Positions 25,500-38,060 are shown, counted from the stretch's first letter. The stretch is DNA of 64,000 bases from Octopus sinensis (GCF_006345805.1 NC_042997.1:167090001-167154000); one strand, 5' to 3'. The notes: generated from the sequence alone by a model not told the origin. Numbers and translations: made by a program.

Positions 25500-27565
25500 T
25501 GACTGGACGTGGAGAAATGATAAATGATTCATTGATCAAAAACAAAAGTAACTTCCTACTATGAAAAGGAAGAAATAAAGCACTGGACGATTTTTGCAAA
25601 CACATCCAGAGTCTCCCCTTTACCCCAGGCAAAACCAAGGTAAAATCCAATTTCAGTAGGGAAGAATGGAAAAACCTACGTGACCTACAACTGGACAAAA
25701 ACCTTACCATCAAAGAAGCCGACAAAGGGAGCGCTGTGGTCCTTATGGACACGGAGTTTTATAAACACTTAGTGCTTTCCATGCAAAACAACAACACTTT
25801 CTTTGAGGTTATTAACAACTATAAACAACAAAAAACAATCAAAAACCTCACCACACTCATACTCCAACACGGTCAGGGACTCACAGAAAAAGAAAGGGAT
25901 TATATCACCAATTTCAAATGCAAACCTAGCCTTTTTTATGGCCTTCCTAAAATCCATAAAAACAAATATATCACCGAAGCCTGCAAACTCTCCTCTGACA
26001 TCCACATCAACATCAAAGCACCGGAGGACCTAAAACTAAGGCCCATCGTGGCTGGCACTTCCTGTGAAACACACCGCCTGAGTAATTTCCTAGACATCCT
26101 TTTGAAACCTTTCCTTACCCACATCAAAAGTTTCATTAGGGATGATCTGGACATGCTCAAACACTCCCGAAAAACGTTATTAACGAGGAGGCGCTCCTGG
26201 TATCCTTTGATGTCATCAACCTCTACACCAACATCCCACATAAATATGGTATTGAGGCAATTGATTTCTGGCTAGAAAAACACCCAGAGACATTCCCTGA
26301 CCGTATTCACAAGACCTTGTTACGGAATCACTCAAGTTCATTCTGACAAACAATTATTTCCTCTTCGACAACACACACTACCGTCAAAAATGTGGTATTG
26401 CGATGGGTACCAGTGCTGCACAGTCTTGCGAACCTCATAATGGGTTTCTTCGAACTATCACTCTATGAGATATCACGCCAGAAATTTGGACATGTTTTCC
26501 ACACCTACCTAATGGAAAACTGGAAAAGGTATTTGGATGATTGTTTCATCATATGGAAAGAACCTTATGAAAAACTTCTGGAATTCAAAACCATACTGAA
26601 CAACATACATCCAAACATCCAATTCACTATGGAATTAAGCAAACATCATCTCCCTTTCTTGATCTCCTAATTATAAAAACACCTAAGAACCAAATCATAA
26701 CAGACATCTACCACAAACCTACAGATTCACAACAATACCTCCTCTTTAGTTCATGCCACCCAAAAGACACCAAGACAAATATCCCTTTCAACTTAGCTAA
26801 AAGGGTATGAACCATTGTCTCGGATCCCAAAACTCGAGAAATACGCCTTCAAGACCTCAAAAAAACACTATTACAACGCCAATATCCCTCCACCCTTATA
26901 GAGTATGGAATAAAACGCGGCAAAGAACTAGACAACATTACACTGAAAACCACCCAACCCAACAGCACACACAACCCCAAAATACTTCCATACATTTCCA
27001 TCCATAACCCCAAAAATATTGAAGCATACACCACAATCATACAAAACCTCAGTCTACTGTCAACAGACCCAAAAATGAAAAACATTATAAATACACACAA
27101 AATCCTCAAATGTAAAAGGCAATACAAATCTTTAAAAAAACTCTTGACAAATGCCAAACTTCACACACAACATCCACCCCCAGCAGTTAAAAAATGTGCA
27201 CGCCCAAACTGTGGCACCTGCCCCTTCCTACTTGAAGGCTCTGAATTTATCTTCAAACAAGGTACGAAGTTTAAAATCAAGACCAACTTCTCCTGTTCCT
27301 CCGAGAACCTTATCTACGTTCTCACATGCGCTGATTGCCAACATAATTATATTGGACAAACGAGCCTCCCGTTACGTAAAAGAGTAGCGGTGCATAAAGA
27401 ACAAATAAATCTCCCGGAATACCGGCAAATCCCAAAGATCCCAAATTCTACATATTCCCCTTCTACCAATGTAAAGACGGAATCACCACACAGGAGCGAA
27501 TTAACAAGGAGAATCTCTTTATTGAAAAATTCATAACGCATCTTAATATGCAAACTCCTCGTTGA
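25500..27565 (+). pseudogene. PLE reverse transcriptase / GIY-YIG endonuclease pseudogene
   Basis: IKEADKGSAVV, FYGLPKIHK, LRPIVAG, SFDVINLYTNIPH, GIAMGT, WKRYLDDCF, NNIHPNIQFT, DIYHKPTDSQQYL, SENLIYVLTCADCQHNYIGQT; about four frameshifts, a stop at 26808 and a deletion near 27430. Confidence 0.95.
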
Positions 27566-28239
27566 TCATACTTCTTTTTTCTACCTCATTCTTCATGGAT
27601 GGACTAACACAAATATATAAGGATACCATGCAGTCATCACTTCAAGCTAAAACTTATATTCTTTAAATATTATTATTATTGTTGTTATTATTATTATTAT
27701 TTTTATTATATATGACATAACAATCTGAAATGTAATTATAAATTGGTTTATGCAAATTCCTATAATTAGAAAACAATATAAATAAAGTGTTAAAATCTGA
27801 ATGTTAAGTTAGCAAACAATTATATAAAAAAAGATAATGCAAATGAAGCTAAAATGATAATTTTATAATTTAAGGTTTATTAACACCCTTTATTACAAAA
27901 AATTGATAAACACAAATTGAAGAGCTTAAAACCCATAGAGTTGTCTCCCCTTATTCACAACACAGGAACAGGACTACTACTACTTCCTGTGTTGCCATTC
28001 ACTTAAGAGACACCCTTAATTAAATTAAACAACACATGGATATAATCCCATTGGATCTCAATACTTCAAGGTAATTTTTTCGTGAACTATCATTAAACTC
28101 AAGATACACAAAGACTTTACAATGTATCGGAGTACCTATTTTTTTAATTTTTGTATATATGTATTATTATTTTTTTGCAAAAAACAATGTAATTTTCTTT
28201 TTTCCCCCCTCCTCACTTTAAAAAAAAATTTTTCTTTAC

Positions 28240-28281
28240 AATTCTTGAAAAGTCACATTATGACGAAAACCGGTTTGAATT
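28240..28281 (+). ncRNA. Type I hammerhead ribozyme candidate, U3:A8 core variant
   Basis: AAUUC-UUGAAAA-GUCA(CAUUA)UGAC-GAA-AAC(CG)GUU-U/GAAUU: all three stems pair; sense to the PLE ORF. Confidence 0.7.
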
Positions 28282-28460
28282 AATATATATATATGTTTTA
28301 TCAATTTTTCAAAAATTTTTCCATACACCCATTTTCATTCAATTTTCTTTCAATTTAGCATTCTGCCTTTTTACATTTTTCCTTGCTATATATATATATA
28401 TATAATATATATAATATATATATAATATATATATATAATATATAGATATTATATAGAAGG

Positions 28461-28511
28461 AGCTTCTACAGGACTAGAACTGTTTCATTCAAAAGAAATC
28501 ATCAGGAAGCT
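28461..28511 (-). ncRNA. Type I hammerhead ribozyme candidate
   Basis: AGCUUC-CUGAUGA-UUUC(UUUU)GAAU-GAAA-CAG(UUCUAGUC)CUG-UA/GAAGCU: 6-bp stem I, GUA site, U-U mismatch at 10.1/11.1; lies in a minus-strand tail at about 28455-28710. Confidence 0.75.
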
Positions 28512-29929
28512 AGTAGACAAAAGTTGTTTTGGCATTTATACATTTAGGCAGGTTTAAATGGGTGGTGGTGGGGACTTTTTTGGGGTAGGTATGGCGCAAA
28601 CTGTCATTATTAGGGGAGTGGTCAAAGGAATCGGTGGTAAAGTAGATAAAAGAATAAATAAAAGAATAAATAGAAAAATAGAGTTTTAGGTAAGTAAGGA
28701 GACTCTCACTTGTACATCTACATATATATATATATATACACCCACATATTCACATATATCTATATATATACATACATACCCATATATACATACATACATA
28801 TATATATACATACACATACATATATATATACATATATATACATATATATACACATACCCATGTACACACACACAAATACACATATACATACATATATATA
28901 CATACACACATATACACATGCATATACATACACACACATACACACACATTTTTATTCCTTTATTTTAATTTTATTATTACTTTTGTTTATATCTTTATTT
29001 TTATCTTGACCTATATATTTATATATATATAGATATATGTATGTATGTATGTATGTATGTATATATGTATGTATGTATGTTTGTATGTATATACATACTA
29101 TATATATATTATATATATTATATATATAATATATATAATATATATATATATATTATATATATATATATATATATATTATACATATGTGTGTGTGTTAATG
29201 TTATAATGAAAGCGATTTTACATTCAACTGAAAAATTACTCATTACTTTTGGTAGCGTGGAAATTTATATTATGGTTAATGTTAACAACTTGATCCGGAA
29301 ACGAATATCCGACAAAAATAGTGCAACAGAAAAAATTACTGCAATCCTAACCCTATACCTAAAAAAATGTGTAGGGAACGAATAGGGAAAAATGCGCGCA
29401 AAACAACGGGAAGATGGGGAGAGGACCTCGGAAAATTCACAAGGTCCGAATTTTACCCTCATAACTTTTAGGAAAATGGGCTTTTTTCTCAGTGAAACTT
29501 TATATAAATACCTTTCAAACGGGATACATTACGATTATAAAAAAATTTGTAGGGAAAATCGTAAGATGGGGAGAGGACTTTCGGAAGATTCTCAAGATAC
29601 GAATTTTTCCTCGTTATATTCCGAAATCATATTCAACTTTCTACAGATACCCTAGCGTAGTACTACTACACTATGCAGTGTAATTTTTAGTGTTTTGACT
29701 TCAATTTTGTTTCATTTTGTCTTCAAATATTTTTAGGCATTTTTAACCCTTCCGTCGTTATTCTCCTTCACTCATTATTACTTTCTCTCTCTCTCTCGCT
29801 CTCTTTCTATCTATCTACCTATCTATCTATATATAAATAGAGATAGATACATATTATAAATATATATACATATATTATATACATTCATCTATATATATAC
29901 ATATATATATATACACACATATATACACA

Positions 29930-30370
29930 CATCATTTTCGTCGTCGTTTAACGTCCGCTTTCCATGCTGGCATGGGTTGGTCGGTTTGACTGAGAGTTGG
30001 CGGGTCAGAAGACGGCACCAAGCATGGGTTAGACAGTTTGACTGGGGACTGGCAAGCCAGGAGGCTGCACCACACTCCAATCTGATCTGGCAATGTTTCT
30101 ACAGCTGGATGCCCTTCCTAACGCCAACCACTCCGAGAGTGTAGTGAGTGCTTTTTACGTGCCACCGGCTCGAGAGCCAGTCAAGCGGTACTGGCATCGA
30201 CTACGCTCAAATGATGCTTCTTACATGCCACCTGCACAGGAGCCTGTCAGGCAGCACTGGCAACGGCCTCGCTCGAATGGTGTATTTTTACGTGTCACCG
30301 GCACAGGAGCCAGTCAGGCGACGCTGGCAACAATCTTGCTCAAATGGTGCTTTTGACATGTCACTGGCAC
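29930..30370 (-). mobile_element. RTE-like retroelement 3' end with internal minisatellite (second copy)
   Basis: Aligns with 11495-12030. Confidence 0.7.
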
Positions 30371-30384
30371 AGATGCCAATCAGA

Positions 30385-30640
30385 CCGTGCTGTCATCGGC
30401 CACAAACAGAAAAACTTTATGGTCAACAAATGAAAAATATGCAGACACAACACCTGGACTATCACTTCAGATTTATACCTGCAATTAGTAGGGCACCTGA
30501 TTACATGACTAACTACCTGAGCAACACTCTTAAAAAGCTGAGTTTCACAAAACAATAACAAACAAACAAAGCTAATTAGAAACGTAACAATTACAAGCCA
30601 TAAATGGAATTATAAAAAATACATAAAATATTGTAAAAAT
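30385..30640 (+). mobile_element. RLE LINE C-terminal fragment (family of 56130-56575)
   Basis: EKLYGQQMKNMQTQHLDYHFRFIPAISRAPDYMTNYLSNTLKKLSF aligns to ENSYADLMRYLQVLYPNYKFKFIPVIIRALGYVTYCLNINLEKLGF. Confidence 0.65.
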
Positions 30641-31060
30641 TTAGTTTGTAGCATGTGGATATATATACCGACATACTACAGATTGTAGATATAAGCTACG
30701 GACAGCTCAAAACCTATAAATTGACACACATTGCTATGCCTGTCAACAAACATACGTGCACACACACATACACGAGTGGAGATATACAGACACACAAGAC
30801 CAATGAAAGAGACTAGGTTCTGGGCTGCAGACAGTCTTATTATTGGAGAGCAATTCAATAAATAAACCAGAAGAATATGCATAAAATACATGTTTGATAA
30901 AAACGAGTGACCACATGTGAATACACACTCATATTTCATACATGTACACACATTTGATAAAAGCCTCTTTTAAATGAACAAGTTGACAAATTCTATAATT
31001 TTAAATCAATCCACCTGTGTTCTGTCATAAAATCAATACTTCTCTTGGTTAATTTATACC

Positions 31061-31109
<49 letters not shown>

Positions 31110-31748
31110 TACACACGCGCGCGCGTTTTAATGGTTCAGCATCAACATCACTACTACCACAATAATAATTCCAATGATAATAATTCCATTTCCATTACAA
31201 CCATCAGTTATAATGAAAGCACATCAAAGGTAAATTGATGTGAACCTGGTCTTGTGGGTTAAAATGCATTGCTTTGTTATCATGAGGTCCTGAGTTCAAT
31301 CTTGCTAGCCCTGCACCTCATCATGTCTTCTACCATGATATAAAGTCAATTCAAGCCTTGTAAGATGGAAACTGTGTTGAAGATTGTTGGAAGGATTTTG
31401 GCTGTACCTTGTTATGGATGGGAGACATACTCTGTCTGTTAGTCTTTGGGTATCGCTACCACAGGATGCCCTGTTGCAAATATTTGGAACCAGCGTTTGG
31501 TCTAAGAAGAACTCAATATAAAGGTGGAATGCAACTCATGATTTGTAAGTTCTTCTACTTGTGTCCGACCATCAATCTTGGAAGTTTTCCCATTGAAGGT
31601 ATTGGCCCTTTCTCCTCAGACCATTTCATATTATCATCGTCATTATCGTGCAGGTGTGATGCCTAATTGTCTTCTACTCTAGCCCTGGGCTGAACAAGAT
31701 CTTGTCAGTAGATCTGGTAAATGGAAACCGAAAAGAAGCTCATCATAC

Positions 31749-31788
<40 letters not shown>

Positions 31789-31866
31789 TTGTGTGCGTGC
31801 GTTGGTTCTGTCACTTTCTCTTGACATTGCAAGCTAAGAGTAAACTAAATACTATTGTTATACAAG

Positions 31867-31902
<36 letters not shown>

Positions 31903-31981
31903 ATAAATAAGGATAATATCGATCTTATCAAGTGGCCAGCATGGAAATAAATACCATACAAAGGTAATAATTATTTAAAAC

Positions 31982-32214
31982 TATAAATTAGGGTATCTGA
32001 GAGATACCACCATGCTGAAATACCAGTCAAAACCCTGAACCTAAAGCCACATTAAATGTTCATATAGCGCTAGGAGAGAAGACAGCTTTTTTGCTAGTTT
32101 ATTTTCTCTTTCGCTTCTCTCCTTGTGTTATATGAACATTTAATGAGGCTTTAGGGTCAGGGTTTTGACTGCTATTTCAGCATGGTGGTATCTCTCAGAT
32201 ACGCTAATTTTTAT
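31982..32214. repeat. Fold-back inverted repeat, ~100-bp arms, 32-nt spacer
   Basis: 31982-32081 versus 32114-32214: 7 substitutions and one 2-nt indel by manual alignment. Confidence 0.95.
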
Positions 32215-33050
32215 ATATATATATGAAATTCTGTTCCCACAAAAAGCACAGATTTTTTTTTTTAAACCGGATGGCATGAGAGTAAAGAAAACGAAATAAT
32301 GGAATCATTTACGTTCATATTATCTACGCTCATACTGTCTACAAGAGCACGTCTTACCAAATTGGTTGTGCTGAGATTTTACGTTAGAAATATATTCAGT
32401 TTTCATTATGATGCACATACTCTTCTGTAATAACCACTGCTGAGGACATTTAAAGAGAAAAATATACCACTAAGCTCCTGCGGTGCAGAATTATGGAAAT
32501 GATTTTCTGTTTAGTGTTAAATTGCTTCTGCATGCCATGTGCTATACTGGTAATTTGAATGTGGTAATCATTAGAAGAATCTGCAGAATTTTACTGCATG
32601 CTTGCATCTATGTAAGTGCATATCTGTATGCGAGCGTGAACCTGTATATGCTTGTGTTCGTGTATGTATGTGTGGGTGTGTCATGTGTTATGAAAGGAAA
32701 GATTTTGTAGTGAGTGTCGCTTTTCAAGGAGAGGAAGCGTAAGAAGCTTTTTAGTTAAAATAGCTTCCGTTTCAATTTGAAGTTCATATTCGTGAGTGAT
32801 GAATGTAGCACAGAGGTAGAAGCAGCAGAGAGTCTAAATATAAGTCCTACAATGCAACTTCGCTTTCTTGCATTGAAAGTTCAAACGTTGCTCTAAGGTT
32901 ATAACTTGCTGTAAGGAGCTTGCTTCCAATCCACTTGGTTCTGAGTTCAGTCCCTCTGTGTGACACCTTCTCATGTGTCTTCTGCTATAGCCTCAGGTTT
33001 ACCAAAGCCTTGTGAGCGGATTTGGTAGACGGAAACTGAAAGAAGCCTGT

Positions 33051-33148
<98 letters not shown>

Positions 33149-33331
33149 ATCTGATATAGATGGCAGTGTGCAATGTTTTATCTAAAAGGAAAACCAATTC
33201 TCAATAGATATGATGTGACTAGGGTGTTAGAACGCCTATTTGCTAGAAATGAGAGCTAAAAAGCTCTCATGCTGTCGTTAAAGCACATAATTGTATACAT
33301 ATGTGCTACTATATTCTTCTGATCCATTACG

Positions 33332-33573
33332 ACCAGAAGTGTTACTTCGTCGTCTTCGCAATGCAGTGGTTATAAAGAGTGAGCAAGGGTGGTAGATTAT
33401 CCGAGACAATAGAGATGATAGTGAAAACTTTCATTCCAAATACAAGCCTACTATATATATTGTCTTTGGAATGAACGTGTTCACTATCTTCTCTGCTGAC
33501 TCCGATAATCTACCACCTCTGCTCACACTCTATAACCACTGCACTGCCAAGACGACGGAGTAACACTACTGGT
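33332..33573. repeat. Fold-back inverted repeat, 114-bp gapless arms, 14-nt loop
   Basis: 33332-33445 pairs with 33460-33573: 98 Watson-Crick pairs, 3 G-U and 13 mismatches by manual count. Confidence 0.95.
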
Positions 33574-34142
33574 TGTGATGGATCAGAAGAATGGACCGTT
33601 TTGGCTGACGAATGTTGGTTCTGTGTTTTTCGACCGTCATCTGAACTGCATCTGGCGGTACGACTAATGGTTTAGAGAGCAGCTTCATACGCCTAGTACT
33701 GTTACGAGTTCTGCTGATTTCCACCCCACTCCCTCTATCTCTCCTTCTCTCTCCTGTTCTCCTCTCTCTCCTCTTCTTTCTCTCTGCTTTTCTAGTTCTT
33801 CGAGAGAGAAAACTCTTAAGCAAATCTTACTACCACTTGTGTAGCAACTAGGCTTCCTATTCTGCATTCACACTAAGGCACAGCTCAGATATGAGCCTGT
33901 GATTTTCAGAGATCATTAGGTCTTATATGCTCATACAAACTCCTCTCGGCCACATCCCATTTTTCATAACATCACCACTCACAACCTGCTACGAAGGTAA
34001 CAACAACCAAGAAATCAATTTCACTACCTATACCCCTGACAGTAACGTTTGTGTTGACCTGTGCTATGATCAGGTGTGAGCATCACAGTCAGCGCTTATT
34101 GCTTTGTCTTATCCATTTTTTTGATTTTATGCTTTTATCCAG

Positions 34143-34160
34143 TTGACGAGCAGTAGAAAA
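34143..34160 (+). other. Candidate 18-nt microexon (LTSSRK, phase 0)
   Basis: Pyrimidine tract ttttttgattttatgcttttatccag, exon ttgacgagcagtagaaaa, donor gtaagt; no homology or transcript support. Confidence 0.3.
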
Positions 34161-34689
34161 GTAAGTTGAGAAACTTTTAGTGTCACAATGCTGGTTGCTG
34201 CCAATTATTGTGTGTGGTGGTGATAGGAATATTTCGCAAAATAGCTTCTGAAGTGGAAGGATACGATTCAGCGCAGTTATTTCGATGCTAGCAATGTGAA
34301 ACGGCTTGCTGGCTATTGCACCTGTTTTGGCGACAGTGCTTTTGGCACTGGTGGCAAACACATTTACACATGCACTCACGCGCAGAAATAGACTCATATA
34401 GAGAAAGTGAAAGAGAGAGGGAGAAAGAAGGAGAGAGAGTGTCCGTGTGTATGTGTGTGTGTATGTGTATGTGAGTGCGTGTGTGTGTGCTTGCGTGCAT
34501 GTGTGTGTGTGTATGTGTATGTGTGTGCGTGTGTATGCGTGCGTGCATGTGTGTGTGTGTGAGAGAGAGAGTGTGTGTGTGTCTGAGTGTGTGCGCGGGA
34601 GAGAGGATAGTGTGTGCGCGAGAGAGAGTGTGTGTGTGCGCGCGCGCGCGTGTGTATGTGAGAGAGAGTGGGTGTGTCTGAGTGTTCAT

Positions 34690-34763
<74 letters not shown>

Positions 34764-36319
34764 TAGTGTGTGAGAGAGAGAGGGAGAATGGAGAGAGATA
34801 TTACAATTTATCAATTGAACACGTTTATTATAAACGCTTTTCCCTTTTTTCGTATACATAAAGAAAAATATTCCCACACACGCAAACAGAAAGGGAACGA
34901 GAGAAATATTAAAACGTTTGACGTTAAATAAGTTAACATCAAATCATCGATGCCATACAGGCGGTACCAAAACAGCTGTGCCAATACGTCTTATACTCTT
35001 CTGAAGACACTAACATTTGCTCTCAACTAAATGTAAATATGTGGGTGTTGCTGCTGTTTTTCGCTTTTTCGCTTCAAATTTTAAATGAACATCGTCATCA
35101 TTAATTGTTCCACAATTTTCTCTTCGTGTTTGTTTCCCCTGTTCTGTAACTTTCTTTTGTCTTCTGTCTTTCCGCTTTTAAATCTTTGTAAGTGGTCTGT
35201 TTCTTATAATGTTTTGGCTGGGAGCATATATATTTGTGTTAACGCTGCTACTATTTTGACAAAAGGCTCTCTTCGCTACACAAATACAATACATCTTGGA
35301 ATATGAATAAGCGGAAAATATGAAACAAAATTATTCCAAAAGGAATAAAGTTTAAGAACAGAGTCGCCTCTTATCGATATAACTTAATATAAGACAATAC
35401 AAAAAGATCCTTAAATTGATAGAACAATCTTCAATGTGCAGCACAACTAGTTAGGGAAAGAAACAATAATAACATTAATAGTTTTTGCTTCAGGCTCAAC
35501 TCCTGCAGATTTGTAAGACAAAGGTTGGCGGATAGAGCTTCACTAGCACTTTATTTTATTTACCCTCGAAAGGAACTGTACTCAAAAAGTAGTCCCCGAA
35601 GAAATATCGTAAGGTCTTTGCCGACACCCTAACTTGCAACAAACTTTTGTAGATGCGTATTTAATATTTATTTCCTTGTCCCCAGAAAGAAGATAACCAA
35701 AGTTGACCGTGGAAGGATTTGAACTTAAACATAAAAGACATGGCTACTTAGGGCAAAATCTCTTGTGTCTGGCAGTATACTATTTCTGACACTCACCGCC
35801 TTAATATCGATAAGAAATACGACAGTAAGTAGCTGGAGGCCCTTATGGTTAACTAGACAGCAATTATAGATATCCTTGGACAGAGATTATATATTAGTAT
35901 GAAAGAATGCTACATTTATAATCGATTGAAATTATGTATCTTTTACCTGGTCACAGAATATTAATTTAGTCTCTTACTAAGAAGCTTATGAGATTAACAG
36001 TAATAACAGGATTACTAGAATAGGTGATATATTCAATATATAATCTGTCCGACAAGAAATATATTTTACCCAATAAAGTATTATATATACTAAGCAGGCT
36101 GTATTGACACAAATTTCTCTGGTAATACTCGGAACTAAAAGGCAGGTGGAAAATAATAAGCGTGTTTTGATCTGAGAAAATGGCCGTTGATCTTATAATC
36201 TATTGTGGAAGAAATGTTTTATCTTACTGTAGTGTGAAATGGACGAACCGAGACACGTTGAGAGTGAACGGGCAGCAAGAAATATTGGTTTTAAAATTTA
36301 GCACAAGACCAGCAATTTC

Positions 36320-36485
36320 TGGGAGGTGGTAAGTCGATTACATCGACTCCAGTGCTCAACTGATACATGATTTATTGACCCCGAAATTCTACTTTGGTAG
36401 AATTTGAACTCAGAACATAAAGACGGACAAAATGTTTCTAAGCATCTGGCTCGGCGTGTTGACGATTCTGTCACCTCGCCACCTT
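36320..36485 (-). mobile_element. tRNA-derived SINE (family of 43742-43880)
   Basis: gtcgattacatcgactccagtgctcaactg..aatttgaactcagaac. Confidence 0.75.
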
Positions 36486-36911
36486 TAACATCAAGAAATA
36501 TTGAAGACAACTCTGCAAGGCAAGGAAACGTGCTGATGTACAGTTCATTACAATACAGTAATATTATTCACACCTTTAGCTGCCACATATGGCGAGTAGT
36601 TCAATTCTACATTGATTCAACTATCTACGACTCTAGTAAAAAAGAAAAATTAGATGTTTATGAAATAATTGGTTTATAAGAAGTATTAAAAATCCTTCAA
36701 TTCAACTGAAGATATCTACAGGGAGTAACTGGCTACAAGATTGTAGAGGACACCCAACTCCACGAGCTGAAAGTTATTTATTCTTCCAACATACATTCGT
36801 TCTTGACGAATTCTAAAGAAAATTAAACACCACTACTCTTTATTCAGTTATCATCTCAATAAATATTTACTTCCAGTCTATTTTATATACATACATACAT
36901 ACATACATACA

Positions 36912-36947
<36 letters not shown>

Positions 36948-37254
36948 TATATGCATAAATAAATAAATATAGATAGATGGATAGATAGATACATAGATAG
37001 ATATATGAATATTATAATAATAATAGTAGGGAATATAATTCCAAACTTACAGGGAAAAATTCAATTTACCAATTCTAGATCAAATTTCACAATATATAAT
37101 ATATGTATATATTTGAGAGAAAAACCTCTATTAAGCAATTCAATAGTGAAAGACATTATTCACACCATATAGAAAATATGCCTAAATATACTATAAAAAC
37201 CTTATTCTAAAAATCAATAAAGTACATAAACAATAAATAGTAAATAGTAGTAAA

Positions 37255-37375
37255 TAGACTACTTGCGTTTCGTGGCTATATTTTTAAATAGATAATAATA
37301 ATAAAATCAATTCGATTTAAAATTAATTCGATCTAAAATTAATTCCATTTAAAATATAGTCACACATCAAGTCTA
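37255..37375 (-). ncRNA. Hammerhead-like motif with long stem II and degenerate core
   Basis: UAGAC-UUGAUGU-GUGACUAUAUUUUAAAU...AUUUAAAAAUAUAGCCAC-GAAAC(GCAA)GUA/GUCUA; stems intact, C3U and A9U in the core. Confidence 0.6.
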
Positions 37376-37419
37376 AAATATTAATAATAATGATAATACT
37401 AAAAATAATGATAATAATG

Positions 37420-37467
<48 letters not shown>

Positions 37468-37744
37468 GTAATAATAGTAATAATAATAATAATGATAATA
37501 ATAATAATAATAACAATAAAGTATATGTACGTATCTTAACTTATAATAATTATCAAATGATTATAGAAAAATACATGTTTTAACAATAAATAATCGAAAA
37601 ACGTTTAACAATATTACTTAAAATAAAACCATAACTTATCTTATCGAAGAATTTTTGCTAACTAAAATTTTAAATGTAATACGTAGAACTTAGCGTTTAT
37701 CAGCGTTATTTATTTTTTACATTAATCTTAATCTTATTTCGCCC

Positions 37745-38060
37745 AGACAGTATAAGATGTATAGAGGGACGATGCAGTAGCAAGACAACGACATACGTAG
37801 GGGAAACGGTACGAAGAATAGGAGAGCGGGTAAATGGACATTGGAGAGAACTTAAGGAAGAAAAGAGCTCATCGGTTCTGTATCAACACGCCGAGCAGGA
37901 ACACGGGGACTCAATCAACAACATAGAAGTTAAAATCTTGTCCACACATAGAACAGACGCAACAATCACACAAATTACGAAAGCTACACACATAATAGAA
38001 GATAAACCTAGCCTGAATAGGAAACTGGAATGGAACACTAGCACACACCACAGCAAATGA
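37745..38060 (+). mobile_element. PLE GIY-YIG endonuclease C-terminal fragment
   Basis: Open frame DSIRCIEGRCSSKTTTYVGETVRRIGERVNGHWRELKEEKSSSVLYQHAEQEHG...EDKPSLNRKLEWN (no ATG, so absent from the ORF track). Confidence 0.85.

Larger units (their letters stand above)
25490..28281 (+). mobile_element. Penelope-like element (probably Neptune-type), 5'-truncated
   Basis: RT plus C-terminal GIY-YIG, Cys-rich linker KCARPNCGTCPF, AT-rich 3' UTR ending in a sense hammerhead; bounded by (TA)n on both sides. Clade is inferred from the linker. Confidence 0.92.

Noticed and set aside
26808-26810. In-frame TGA where a Cys is expected (KRV*TIV), suggesting selenocysteine as in some Naiad PLEs
   Set aside because: Single TGA in a copy with several frameshifts, C-terminal rather than Naiad-type endonuclease, no SECIS identified; a TGY-to-TGA mutation is simpler. 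Revisit only if the family consensus keeps TGA.
29360-29625. Imperfect tandem duplication (gtaggga…gatggggagaggac…cgaatttt)
   Set aside because: Probably the internal repeat of an unclassified non-autonomous element; termini not defined, so no call made.
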